A DNA stretch of 64,000 nt from Schmidtea nova (taxonomy: Eukaryota): the NCBI GenBank assembly GCA_044892505.1, contig CM097882.1:312418001-312482000 (forward strand), given 5' to 3'. The position numbers and the translations under genes are program-made. How positions within the stretch are numbered: position 1 is the first letter of the stretch; the number at the start of each line of letters is the position of its first letter. Below the pieces are notes generated by a model that searched no databases, had not been told where the DNA came from, and saw nothing but the letters and a program-made list of their open reading frames with translations. Positions 1 through 8,045 of this stretch are shown here, piece after piece.

Positions 1-2
1 AA

Positions 3-1898
3 ATAATTATTAAAAATAATAAAAAATCTGTTAAAATTATAGAACCTAATAAAACAACTAAACAGAAGTATGATAAATTTGAATTTAAAAATCTGGTTCG
101 TATTTTAACGAAAAGGGAACGCCAGAAAATCTTGAATGCCTTCCCTGCTTTAATACAACTAATTAAAAAGAAAGAATCACAGAGTAAATATTTTGAAATT
201 AATAAATTTCTTTCGAGCAAAGATTTTAATGTGAATCACTTGAATTTAATTAATTTTGATTATTTTTTCTATAGAAATTGTAATCTTTGTGTATCTTTAA
301 AATTGAACAACGCTCCTGTCATTTCATCAGCACCAAAACCTGTTGTTTTAAAATCTATTAAATTAATTGACCATAATATCGTCAAAATAAATTCTGAAAT
401 CCCTGACTTTGTTCGAGCTCCAATGTCAATTCGAAGATTTTTATTCAATCTTTCGCACGATCTTTCAAACACTGTTTCCATCAAGGATGAGAAACACAGG
501 GGAAATAAAATAAATAACATTCTTACTTCAATGAAACATAAACAACAATTACCAGATTATTTAATAAAATCAAACATTAAATACGAAAATGGTGAGTTCT
601 TATTATTAGATTTGACTAACGATAAAATCAAATTGAACGACGATAATAACTTGATAAAATCAAATTTTTCTGAACTTACTAGAAGTCAGATTAAAAATCT
701 TTACTATTCTTATCCTTCTCTTAAGGAAGTTTGTTTCGTTGAAAATCTTGAAACAAGATCATCATCCGTTAGTAAAATTATCGAATCTTTAAAGTTAATT
801 AATGAATTTCCAAAAAATATCATTTTTAAAGAGGGTAAATTTTATCAGTCTGATAAAAGAACAATCTCACCTAGTAGTTCTCCTGACATAATGTTCAACC
901 TAGGTCTTTTTAATTTGGCTAGTATGAGTAGAAAAGATTGTGAATTAAAATCCATTTTAGAGAAGACTGGTTGTGACTTTAAAATAGTTGAAATAATATT
1001 CTACCTCAACTATTTAGGCTTGACTCAATCTTTAGAATTTTGCAAAAATCAAACTTATTCCGATTATGTGAGGAATTACGTCTGTAATTGCTGCTTGATA
1101 AACTCACTCTGTAGTATTGCTGATGTTGATTCGCTTTCATCTGAAGATTTTGAGGGTTGGGCGACCGAAATTGTTCAGAAAATCCCAGTTTCTTCCTATT
1201 ACTTCAATAGCTGCCAGGAAAAGCTTTTAAAGCTGAAGCAATGGGACATTTCAACTAAAATCAAAAGAATCCATAACGTTATTTCACCTGAAATAATATC
1301 TTATTTAAATAACTTTCTTGACTCTGTAGACGTAAAATTTCCATCTAAGTCTCAACAACATAATATTCTAATTAAATTAATGAAAGCTATCAATGACATT
1401 AAAATTTTTGATGACATACACGGAAATAAAGCAAAAAGACTTGTTTACTTTTTGCTAAGAGATGCCAAGAAATATTTGAATAAAAATCAACGATTCAGAT
1501 TATTTGAATCGAGCAATAAATATTGCACTTCAGAGATGGAGAATATAATTTCAGTAATAATTGAGAACCTTACCAAAGTTACTGACCATGAAGTTACTAC
1601 TCCTGAAATCACAGTTGAAGAAACGCCAATTGAAATAACTTGTGATCCTGAACCTATCGTCTTGATTAAGGAAATAAACTGTTTAAAATGTAACAATATC
1701 ATCGAAAAATGCATTCTTGTTAGAGATGGAACAAACGTCAACATCTGTGAAAGCTGTCTATTTGACGCAATTACCTTTGAAAAGCCGATTCCTGAAGCTA
1801 CTAATTCGGATATCGAAGAAAATATAGAAACAAATTGTAAGAAATCTTGTCCAAGACCTAGAAAAACAGACAAGAAAACATCAACCAAAGCAAAATGA
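3..1898 (+). CDS. ORF1 of copy 1, 5'-partial (open from the window edge; the track's start at 132 is an internal TTG)
   Basis: Collinear with ORF1 of copy 2 at offset 8781; ends at TGA 1896-1898. Confidence 0.9.
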   Translation: MIIKNNKKSVKIIEPNKTTKQKYDKFEFKNLVRILTKRERQKILNAFPALIQLIKKKESQSKYFEINKFLSSKDFNVNHLNLINFDYFFYRNCNLCVSLKLNNAPVISSAPKPVVLKSIKLIDHNIVKINSEIPDFVRAPMSIRRFLFNLSHDLSNTVSIKDEKHRGNKINNILTSMKHKQQLPDYLIKSNIKYENGEFLLLDLTNDKIKLNDDNNLIKSNFSELTRSQIKNLYYSYPSLKEVCFVENLETRSSSVSKIIESLKLINEFPKNIIFKEGKFYQSDKRTISPSSSPDIMFNLGLFNLASMSRKDCELKSILEKTGCDFKIVEIIFYLNYLGLTQSLEFCKNQTYSDYVRNYVCNCCLINSLCSIADVDSLSSEDFEGWATEIVQKIPVSSYYFNSCQEKLLKLKQWDISTKIKRIHNVISPEIISYLNNFLDSVDVKFPSKSQQHNILIKLMKAINDIKIFDDIHGNKAKRLVYFLLRDAKKYLNKNQRFRLFESSNKYCTSEMENIISVIIENLTKVTDHEVTTPEITVEETPIEITCDPEPIVLIKEINCLKCNNIIEKCILVRDGTNVNICESCLFDAITFEKPIPEATNSDIEENIETNCKKSCPRPRKTDKKTSTKAK

Positions 1899-1964
1899 AG
1901 ATGTGTGCCTGCATCAGCTCAATCGTCTGCCATTCCCTCTAATGAGACTGATGCAGAGAGCACA
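1896..1964 (+). promoter_or_regulatory. Candidate UGA readthrough signal (stop + stem-loop), copy 1
   Basis: TGA, 5-nt spacer AGATG, then TGTGC-CTGCATCAG-CTCA (1904-1921) pairing with TGAG-a-CTGATGCAG-aga-GCACA (1943-1964). Confidence 0.65.
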
Positions 1965-4900
1965 ACTAAAAATAATATTTCAACTATCGACAATCGTGAT
2001 CCTGAAGTGTGGTTTTCTGATAATGATATTGATTGGTATCTTGAAAACCACATTGATAATCCAATGCATGGATATATTAAATGCTTTATAGTAAATATCA
2101 TCTGTTCTAACATCACAGAAGATATTGTTGAAATTCCACCATCTATTAGCAATGCTGAAATTGTATTTTGTCCACTCAACATTAACAATTCGCACTGGAT
2201 TCTTTTTGTTTATAGTAAGAAAATGTTATCTTCTTACTTTATTGACCCAATCCTTGCAAACAGACAAAAGCCAATCAATAAACAAATGGCTCAGAGAATT
2301 AACCTAAAACTGAATAGATTTTTTAATCTAAATATATCTGTGTCCCGACATCCACACAAACATCTTGAATATCAAAATAACAGCTTTGATTGTGGCCCAT
2401 TTACGTGTGCTTATGCTGTGATTATCAGTAAAGATTTGAACAGCTTTCCAAATGGGTTCATAGAGAAAATTCGTACCAGTGTGCATGAAAATCAAAATCG
2501 TATGCAAATAACCGAATCCACCTTATTCGCTGGTACTAACTCCAAGATGGACATGACCAAAATAAATATCAAGAAAGCCCTTGCAAAAAAGAAAGTCATC
2601 ACCAACACCTCAGATATGACCAAAGTATTGAACACTCAAAAACCGTGTGTGTCATCAATAATTAGTAAATATTACGAAAGTAATTCTAAAATAACAGTCT
2701 TATCTGCCGAACTAACTTTAAACCTAATTGCACAAAATACCTCCTTCATAGCTGATAATGTCACTTTCAAGCAGTTCAAAGGAATCGATCATGTTATAAG
2801 TATCATTCCTAAATTTAACGATTGGTGTCTCTTTGTCTATTCGAATAAACTTGACAGGAGCTACATGTTCGACTTCAATTATCGAAACATTGATGAAAGG
2901 CTAATTGAAATTGGTGAAAAGATAACTGAATATCTGAATCAATTCACTCTTGTTTCTAAAATAAAATTCACACCTCATCATAGAATTTCTCATCCAACAT
3001 TTCATTCTTACGATGATCAATATTTTGCAAGTTCTTTTATTGTATTTTTTGAGAAACTTGTCTTTGAAAGAATACTGGACAATGATAAGGTTTATGACTC
3101 ATTAAGTGCTCTAAAATATCAGTCTTGTAAAGATCTTTCTCCTAGCTTAAGTTTCATTAATGGTAAAATATCCGACAAAATTATTGAGGAATATTTTGCT
3201 AGCCTAAACTTATCGACCAAATATATTCTTCTAAACACAACAATGTGTACTGCGCTTTCAGATGATTGCACTGAATACTTGAAAGACTTTGTAAACATTG
3301 AGTGCATGATGAAGGCTACTATAATCTTTGTAATCATTTCTCCTCCAAGAGCCAACGACTTGCTCATGGTTATTGATTACGACGCTGATGAGCACTATTT
3401 ATTAAGCCCAGTCACTAATGACTTGTTCGTTATGACTGAAGGATTCTGCTATAAATTACTAATTAAAATTAATGAGATTAGAGAGAGCACAGGTCGTTCC
3501 TTGAAATCGCGTAATTGTCGACATGACGTTAAAGGTTCTGGCTTATTTAGTAGGTTATTAATCTGTGCCTTTATTAAATATTATGCATTTGACCGATCTC
3601 TAGAAAATATCAATCTTCATGAAATTGGCAAAATTATCTACTCACTTGTGCCATTAGTTGATAAAAATGATAATGCTGAGGAAGAAAGACGACTAAAATC
3701 AAAAGCTGTAAACTCTTTAAAACTAAATTTAAAACAGCGAATAGAAAAAGCCAATAATCTTATAATTTCACTTGAACACGCCAGTATTGATGAAATCATA
3801 AGTGGCATTCTTTCAAATATTCCTCGTCTTAAAGATTTGAACACCGATCACATTCGTACACCATATTTAGGTACTAAAGTAGAAAAAGCTAGAAAATTCA
3901 AAAATTCCACTGAATTTCTGTCAAACATGAAAAAGACTGTGTATAGGATTTTGGGTAACAACACAGAATCAATTGCACCTCCTTTTCAGGAAATTATTGA
4001 CACTTTCAGTCATCCTGATACATTACCTAGAAATTGGGAAAACATCTTTAAATTCACTAAGAGTTCTAAATTTAGTCTTGAATTAAATCCAATGACACCT
4101 AAAGAAATCCTTTCAAGTCTTTGCAAAGCTGACAACACTTCTCCAGGTCTTGATAATGTTTGTTATAAAGATCTTTTGCTATTAGACCCTGAATGTAAAT
4201 TGCTAGCTTTTCTGTACAATAAAATCCTAAAATTAGACATTATTCCTACAAGTTGGAAATCATTTAAAACCATACTAATCCCTAAACCAGATAAAAATGG
4301 CCAATATCATAAAATATATTCTTGGCGACCAATTGCCTTATTATCTGTCATTTACAAAGTCTTCGCTTCAGTTTTGGCAAATCGTCTAAGCTTATGGATA
4401 AGAAATAATTCCATGTTACACATTGGCCAAAAGGGTGGTTCGGAGTACGAAGGATGTATTGAACACAACTCTATTCTTTCTGCTATCGTCGAACATTCAA
4501 AATACAGCAAGTCTTCACCTTTAACAATAGCTTGGCTAGACATCAAAGATGCCTTCGGAAGTGTTCCACATGACTACATGTGGACACTGTTAAAACACAT
4601 AAATGTTAGTGATAGGTTTGTAGGAATTTTAAAACTGCTCTATACTGATACAAGCTCGTTTTATTGTTGCAATAAAATGCAGACACCGGATATTCCAATA
4701 AAGAAAGGAGTTAAACAAGGTTGTCCGATCTCAATGATATTGTTTGCAATAGCTATTAACCCAGTACTTGAGTCTATTAATCTATCAAACGTTAATCCTT
4801 TTACGATTGGAACATCTCCGGTACAGGTGTTGGCTTATGCGGATGATATCGCACTTATCGCGACAAATACCTCTGATCTGCAAATACTCATAAACGTTGC

Positions 4901-6515
4901 TGTAAACACCGCTAAAACAATTGGATTTGAATATCGTCCAGAAAAGTGCGCTTATATGCAATACCCTAAAATAGAAACTGTAAGCGAGATTTCTGTCAAC
5001 AACGTTCTTATAAAAAAGATTGCAACAAATGAATTTTACCAATACTTGGGAGTACCAATAGGTGACAATAATGACCAAAGTCCCTATGAAATTCTAAGCA
5101 AAGTAATTGAAGACACAAAGAAAATAGCAAATTCTGATCTTTACGGCTGGCAAAAACTTAAAGCGTATAAGGTCTTTCTGCATTCTCGCTTGATTTTTCC
5201 ATTTAGAACTAGGGAAATCAAAACAAGTTCTTTAGCTGATTCGAGTAAAAATTCAAAATTAAATGTAAATAATACGAGTATTTTGAGGAGTCATCTTAGA
5301 AAAATATTGCACTTGCCACACTACTCTGAGATTAGCTATTTTTATAATTCTACTGAAAACGGCGGTGCAGGCTGCATAGACTTACTTGACGAGTATCATA
5401 CACAGACAATCGTGTACTTTTTCCGCTTGTTAACATCAACGTGCGAATATTCGAAAAAGATAAATACTGACTCGCTTTTATTTGTCACAAGTCCGAGACT
5501 CGGAATCAAAAATCCAGTTCTTAAACAAAGTTTAGAATGGATAAATGGAAAAGACAGCAAGAAAAACAACAGTGGTTGCAAAACTCGATTTTATCGGTTG
5601 CGATCATCCATTGCTTACTTTTCTAAAGTTCACAACATTAAATTGTTATTTGAAACAGTGAAAGGGAATCCTTCTATCCGGATAACCACTACACTTAAGG
5701 GAACACGTATATTATTACCAACATTAAGAAAAGCCTTGTCAATGATTTTACATTCAGCTCTCCAGGATTCGTATCTCGAGAAATGGGAGAATAGCAATCA
5801 TAATAATCTGCTTGTATCTGCGATTAAACTCTGTCCACTTGTCAACAAGCTTATTTTCCGCAGTGATTTGACAGAATTTGAATGGAGATTCGTCCATCGA
5901 GCAAGAACGAATACATTATCAATATTTGCGAAGCCATATAAAACTGGCGAAAATCGTCTTTGTCGTAGATGTAAGCTTGAAGACGAGACTTTATCACACG
6001 TTCTTCAAACTTGTAAAATGAACAAATCTTTGGCAACTAGTCGACATAACGCTTGCTTAGAAAAAATAAAAAGCGAGTTGAAAGATCCAAACTTGTTAGT
6101 TGTTGCGGATCATAAATGTTCCCTAGTACCGACATCAACTGAACGCGTTGATTTAATAATAACCAATAATGATAAAAAGACCATATTATTGGTAGACATG
6201 AAATGCCCAATCGATTCGGTGCCCAACTTTGACTTGGCTGATAAAAAAAACATAGAAAAGTATGATAAACTAAAATCGGAAATTAAAATAGCCAAACCCG
6301 ATTATAAAGTTGAGTTGTTTACCTGCATCATAGGCTCATTAGGATCCATTGAAATTAAAACACCTGATCTTTTAGTAAAAATGGGCGTAAAAGAAAATAA
6401 AGTAAAACGTCTGATGAAAGAGTGTGCAATTAGCAATATTGCGCACTCGGCCAAAATTTGGTACTTTCATACCAATGGCTTTCTTCCAGATAATATAAGA
6501 CAAACTTTTAAATAA
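1905..6515 (+). CDS. ORF2: Ulp1-like protease(s) + reverse transcriptase + CCHC + restriction-like endonuclease, copy 1 (track start is GTG; in frame with ORF1)
   Basis: SHW(H97)..FID(D114)..QNNSFDCG(Q157,C163); WRPIALL, LDIKDAFGSVPH, GVKQGCP, YADD(978-981), YQYLG; CRRC-x8-H-x4-C(1353-1370), RHN, RVD..DMK. Confidence 0.95.
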   Translation: MPASAQSSAIPSNETDAESTTKNNISTIDNRDPEVWFSDNDIDWYLENHIDNPMHGYIKCFIVNIICSNITEDIVEIPPSISNAEIVFCPLNINNSHWILFVYSKKMLSSYFIDPILANRQKPINKQMAQRINLKLNRFFNLNISVSRHPHKHLEYQNNSFDCGPFTCAYAVIISKDLNSFPNGFIEKIRTSVHENQNRMQITESTLFAGTNSKMDMTKINIKKALAKKKVITNTSDMTKVLNTQKPCVSSIISKYYESNSKITVLSAELTLNLIAQNTSFIADNVTFKQFKGIDHVISIIPKFNDWCLFVYSNKLDRSYMFDFNYRNIDERLIEIGEKITEYLNQFTLVSKIKFTPHHRISHPTFHSYDDQYFASSFIVFFEKLVFERILDNDKVYDSLSALKYQSCKDLSPSLSFINGKISDKIIEEYFASLNLSTKYILLNTTMCTALSDDCTEYLKDFVNIECMMKATIIFVIISPPRANDLLMVIDYDADEHYLLSPVTNDLFVMTEGFCYKLLIKINEIRESTGRSLKSRNCRHDVKGSGLFSRLLICAFIKYYAFDRSLENINLHEIGKIIYSLVPLVDKNDNAEEERRLKSKAVNSLKLNLKQRIEKANNLIISLEHASIDEIISGILSNIPRLKDLNTDHIRTPYLGTKVEKARKFKNSTEFLSNMKKTVYRILGNNTESIAPPFQEIIDTFSHPDTLPRNWENIFKFTKSSKFSLELNPMTPKEILSSLCKADNTSPGLDNVCYKDLLLLDPECKLLAFLYNKILKLDIIPTSWKSFKTILIPKPDKNGQYHKIYSWRPIALLSVIYKVFASVLANRLSLWIRNNSMLHIGQKGGSEYEGCIEHNSILSAIVEHSKYSKSSPLTIAWLDIKDAFGSVPHDYMWTLLKHINVSDRFVGILKLLYTDTSSFYCCNKMQTPDIPIKKGVKQGCPISMILFAIAINPVLESINLSNVNPFTIGTSPVQVLAYADDIALIATNTSDLQILINVAVNTAKTIGFEYRPEKCAYMQYPKIETVSEISVNNVLIKKIATNEFYQYLGVPIGDNNDQSPYEILSKVIEDTKKIANSDLYGWQKLKAYKVFLHSRLIFPFRTREIKTSSLADSSKNSKLNVNNTSILRSHLRKILHLPHYSEISYFYNSTENGGAGCIDLLDEYHTQTIVYFFRLLTSTCEYSKKINTDSLLFVTSPRLGIKNPVLKQSLEWINGKDSKKNNSGCKTRFYRLRSSIAYFSKVHNIKLLFETVKGNPSIRITTTLKGTRILLPTLRKALSMILHSALQDSYLEKWENSNHNNLLVSAIKLCPLVNKLIFRSDLTEFEWRFVHRARTNTLSIFAKPYKTGENRLCRRCKLEDETLSHVLQTCKMNKSLATSRHNACLEKIKSELKDPNLLVVADHKCSLVPTSTERVDLIITNNDKKTILLVDMKCPIDSVPNFDLADKKNIEKYDKLKSEIKIAKPDYKVELFTCIIGSLGSIEIKTPDLLVKMGVKENKVKRLMKECAISNIAHSAKIWYFHTNGFLPDNIRQTFK

Positions 6516-6870
6516 ATAATTATATATATATATAAATATTTGCTTTTTAAACTCTGTAAATAAAAATTAAAGTAAATATTTTGTAAAGTAATTTTTGTAT
6601 TAAATATCCAATCTTTTTAATCTGATAAATTGTCTTTGAGAGTTATTAAATTGGGAGACCAAGTATTCTGCAACGTATGTCACTTATTCTAGACTTATCA
6701 ACTTCAAAAGAATACAGTCGCAAAGCTGGATGACGAAATCCAAAGAACCAGAAACTTCCATTCAGATTGAACAATTATATTTTGACTGTGATTGTTTAGG
6801 GACTAATCCATGTTGATTAGATAATCTGTAAAAAAAATATGTCAAACTTGTTATATTTAATAAATGTTTA
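6516..6870 (+). other. 355-nt 3' UTR of the element (same in all copies; 352 nt in copy 5), AATAAA at 6859-6864, no poly(A) tail
   Basis: Lies between the ORF2 TAA and the tRNA junction; repeated at each copy. Confidence 0.9.
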
Positions 6871-6925
6871 TTATCACGTCTGCCTAACACGCAGAAGGTC
6901 CCCGGTTCGATCCCGGGTCGAACCA
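6871..6925 (+). pseudogene. 5'-truncated tRNA-Val(AAC), nt 19-73, disrupted by element copy 1
   Basis: TTATCACG...TCGAACCA directly after the element end; nt 1-18 absent. Confidence 0.95.
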
Positions 6926-7105
6926 AATTTTTCTCAATTCATTATTTGACTTTTATTATATTTGCAACTCTTTTTTTAATTCATAACGCAATTTTGTTGT
7001 TGAATTCTCTACTTTGTACATAAATTTTATTCAAGTGAATTCAGTACATTTTGTCAAGGTAATTCGAAAATCAAACATGCACAACAATTGTTAGTTGAAA
7101 CTGTC

Positions 7106-7178
7106 GGTTCGATGGTGTAGCGGTTATCACGTCTGCCTAACACGCAGAAGGTCCCCGGTTCGATCCCGGGTCGAACCA
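7106..7178 (+). tRNA. trnV: tRNA-Val(AAC)
   Basis: Acceptor GGTTCGA/TCGAACC, anticodon arm TCTGC-CTAACAC-GCAGA, T arm CCCGG-TTCGATC-CCGGG, A73; A34 (inosine-type) anticodon indicates a eukaryote. Confidence 0.97.
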
Positions 7179-7180
7179 AA

Positions 7181-7185
7181 TTTTT
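7181..7185 (+). terminator. Pol III terminator T5, 2 nt after the discriminator base (present after every tRNA unit; a T7 tract follows ~45 nt later)
   Basis: GAACCA-AA-TTTTT; CTCTTTTTTTAA further downstream. Confidence 0.8.
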
Positions 7186-7358
7186 CTCAATTCATTATTT
7201 GACTTTTATTATATTTGCAACTCTTTTTTTAATTCATAACGCAATTTTGTTGGTGAATTCTCTACTTTGTACATAAATTTTATTCAAGTGAATTCAGTAC
7301 ATTTTGTCAAGGTAATTCGAAAATCAAACATGCACAACAATTGTTAGTTGAAACTGTC

Positions 7359-7431
7359 GGTTCGATGGTGTAGCGGTTATCACGTCTGCCTAACACGCAG
7401 AAGGTCCCCGGTTCGATCCCGGGTCGAACCA
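7359..7431 (+). tRNA. trnV: tRNA-Val(AAC)
   Basis: Identical to 7106-7178. Confidence 0.97.
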
Positions 7432-7611
7432 AATTTTTCTCAATTCATTATTTGACTTTTATTATATTTGCAACTCTTTTTTTAATTCATAACGCAATTT
7501 TGTTGTTGAATTCTCTACTTTGTACATAAATTTTATTCAAGTGAATTCAGTACATTTTGTCAAGGTAATTCGAAAATCAAACATGCACAACAATTGTTAG
7601 TTGAAACTGTC

Positions 7612-7684
7612 GGTTCGATGGTGTAGCGGTTATCACGTCTGCCTAACACGCAGAAGGTCCCCGGTTCGATCCCGGGTCGAACCA
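7612..7684 (+). tRNA. trnV: tRNA-Val(AAC)
   Basis: Identical to 7106-7178. Confidence 0.97.
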
Positions 7685-7864
7685 AATTTTTCTCAATTCA
7701 TTATTTGACTTTTATTATATTTGCAACTCTTTTTTTAATTCATAACGCAATTTTGTTGTTGAATTCTCTACTTTGTACATAAATTTTATTCAAGTGAATT
7801 CAGTACATTTTGTCAAGGTAATTCGAAAATCAAACATGCACAACAATTGTTAGTTGAAACTGTC

Positions 7865-7937
7865 GGTTCGATGGTGTAGCGGTTATCACGTCTGCCTAAC
7901 ACGCAGAAGGTCCCCGGTTCGATCCCGGGTCGAACCA
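7865..7937 (+). tRNA. trnV: tRNA-Val(AAC)
   Basis: Identical to 7106-7178. Confidence 0.97.
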
Positions 7938-8045
7938 AATTTTTCTCAATTCATTATTTGACTTTTATTATATTTGCAACTCTTTTTTTAAGTGTTGATA
8001 TATATATTGTAAATTTTAACGATTGATAAATTCTTTCAAGGTTCG

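Larger units (their letters stand above)
1..6870 (+). mobile_element. RLE-type (NeSL/R5/Utopia-like) non-LTR retrotransposon, copy 1, 5' part outside window
   Basis: Contains the ORF1 tail, full ORF2 (protease-RT-CCHC-RLE) and a 355-nt 3' UTR; joins tRNA-Val nt 19 at 6870/6871. Confidence 0.95.
6871..7991 (+). repeat. tRNA-Val 253-bp tandem array block 1 (1 truncated + 4 intact genes)
   Basis: tRNA starts at 7106, 7359, 7612, 7865 (period 253). Confidence 0.97.

Noticed and set aside
1896-1898. Host genetic code with UGA reassigned to Trp or Cys
   Set aside because: There is only one in-frame TGA in ~2400 codons, while the many Cys and Trp residues use TGT/TGC/TGG; a general reassignment should scatter TGAs in AT-rich genes.
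1895-1942. AUGA stop/start overlap and a UAAUG at 1940-1944 as translational coupling into ORF2
   Set aside because: ATG 1895 opens a 15-codon ORF (MKMCACISSIVCHSL) and ATG 1942 a 49-codon ORF; neither is in the ORF2 frame.
6729-6770. SECIS-like ATGA...AA...GA in the 3' UTR (selenocysteine at the UGA)
   Set aside because: The helix above the putative quartet does not pair (CGAAATCCAAAG versus CTTCCATTCA), and the stop is not at a catalytic position.
7176-7178. Genomically encoded CCA (prokaryote-like tRNA)
   Set aside because: This CCA is C71-C72-A73 (acceptor stem plus discriminator); it is followed by AATTTTT, as in a Pol III gene.
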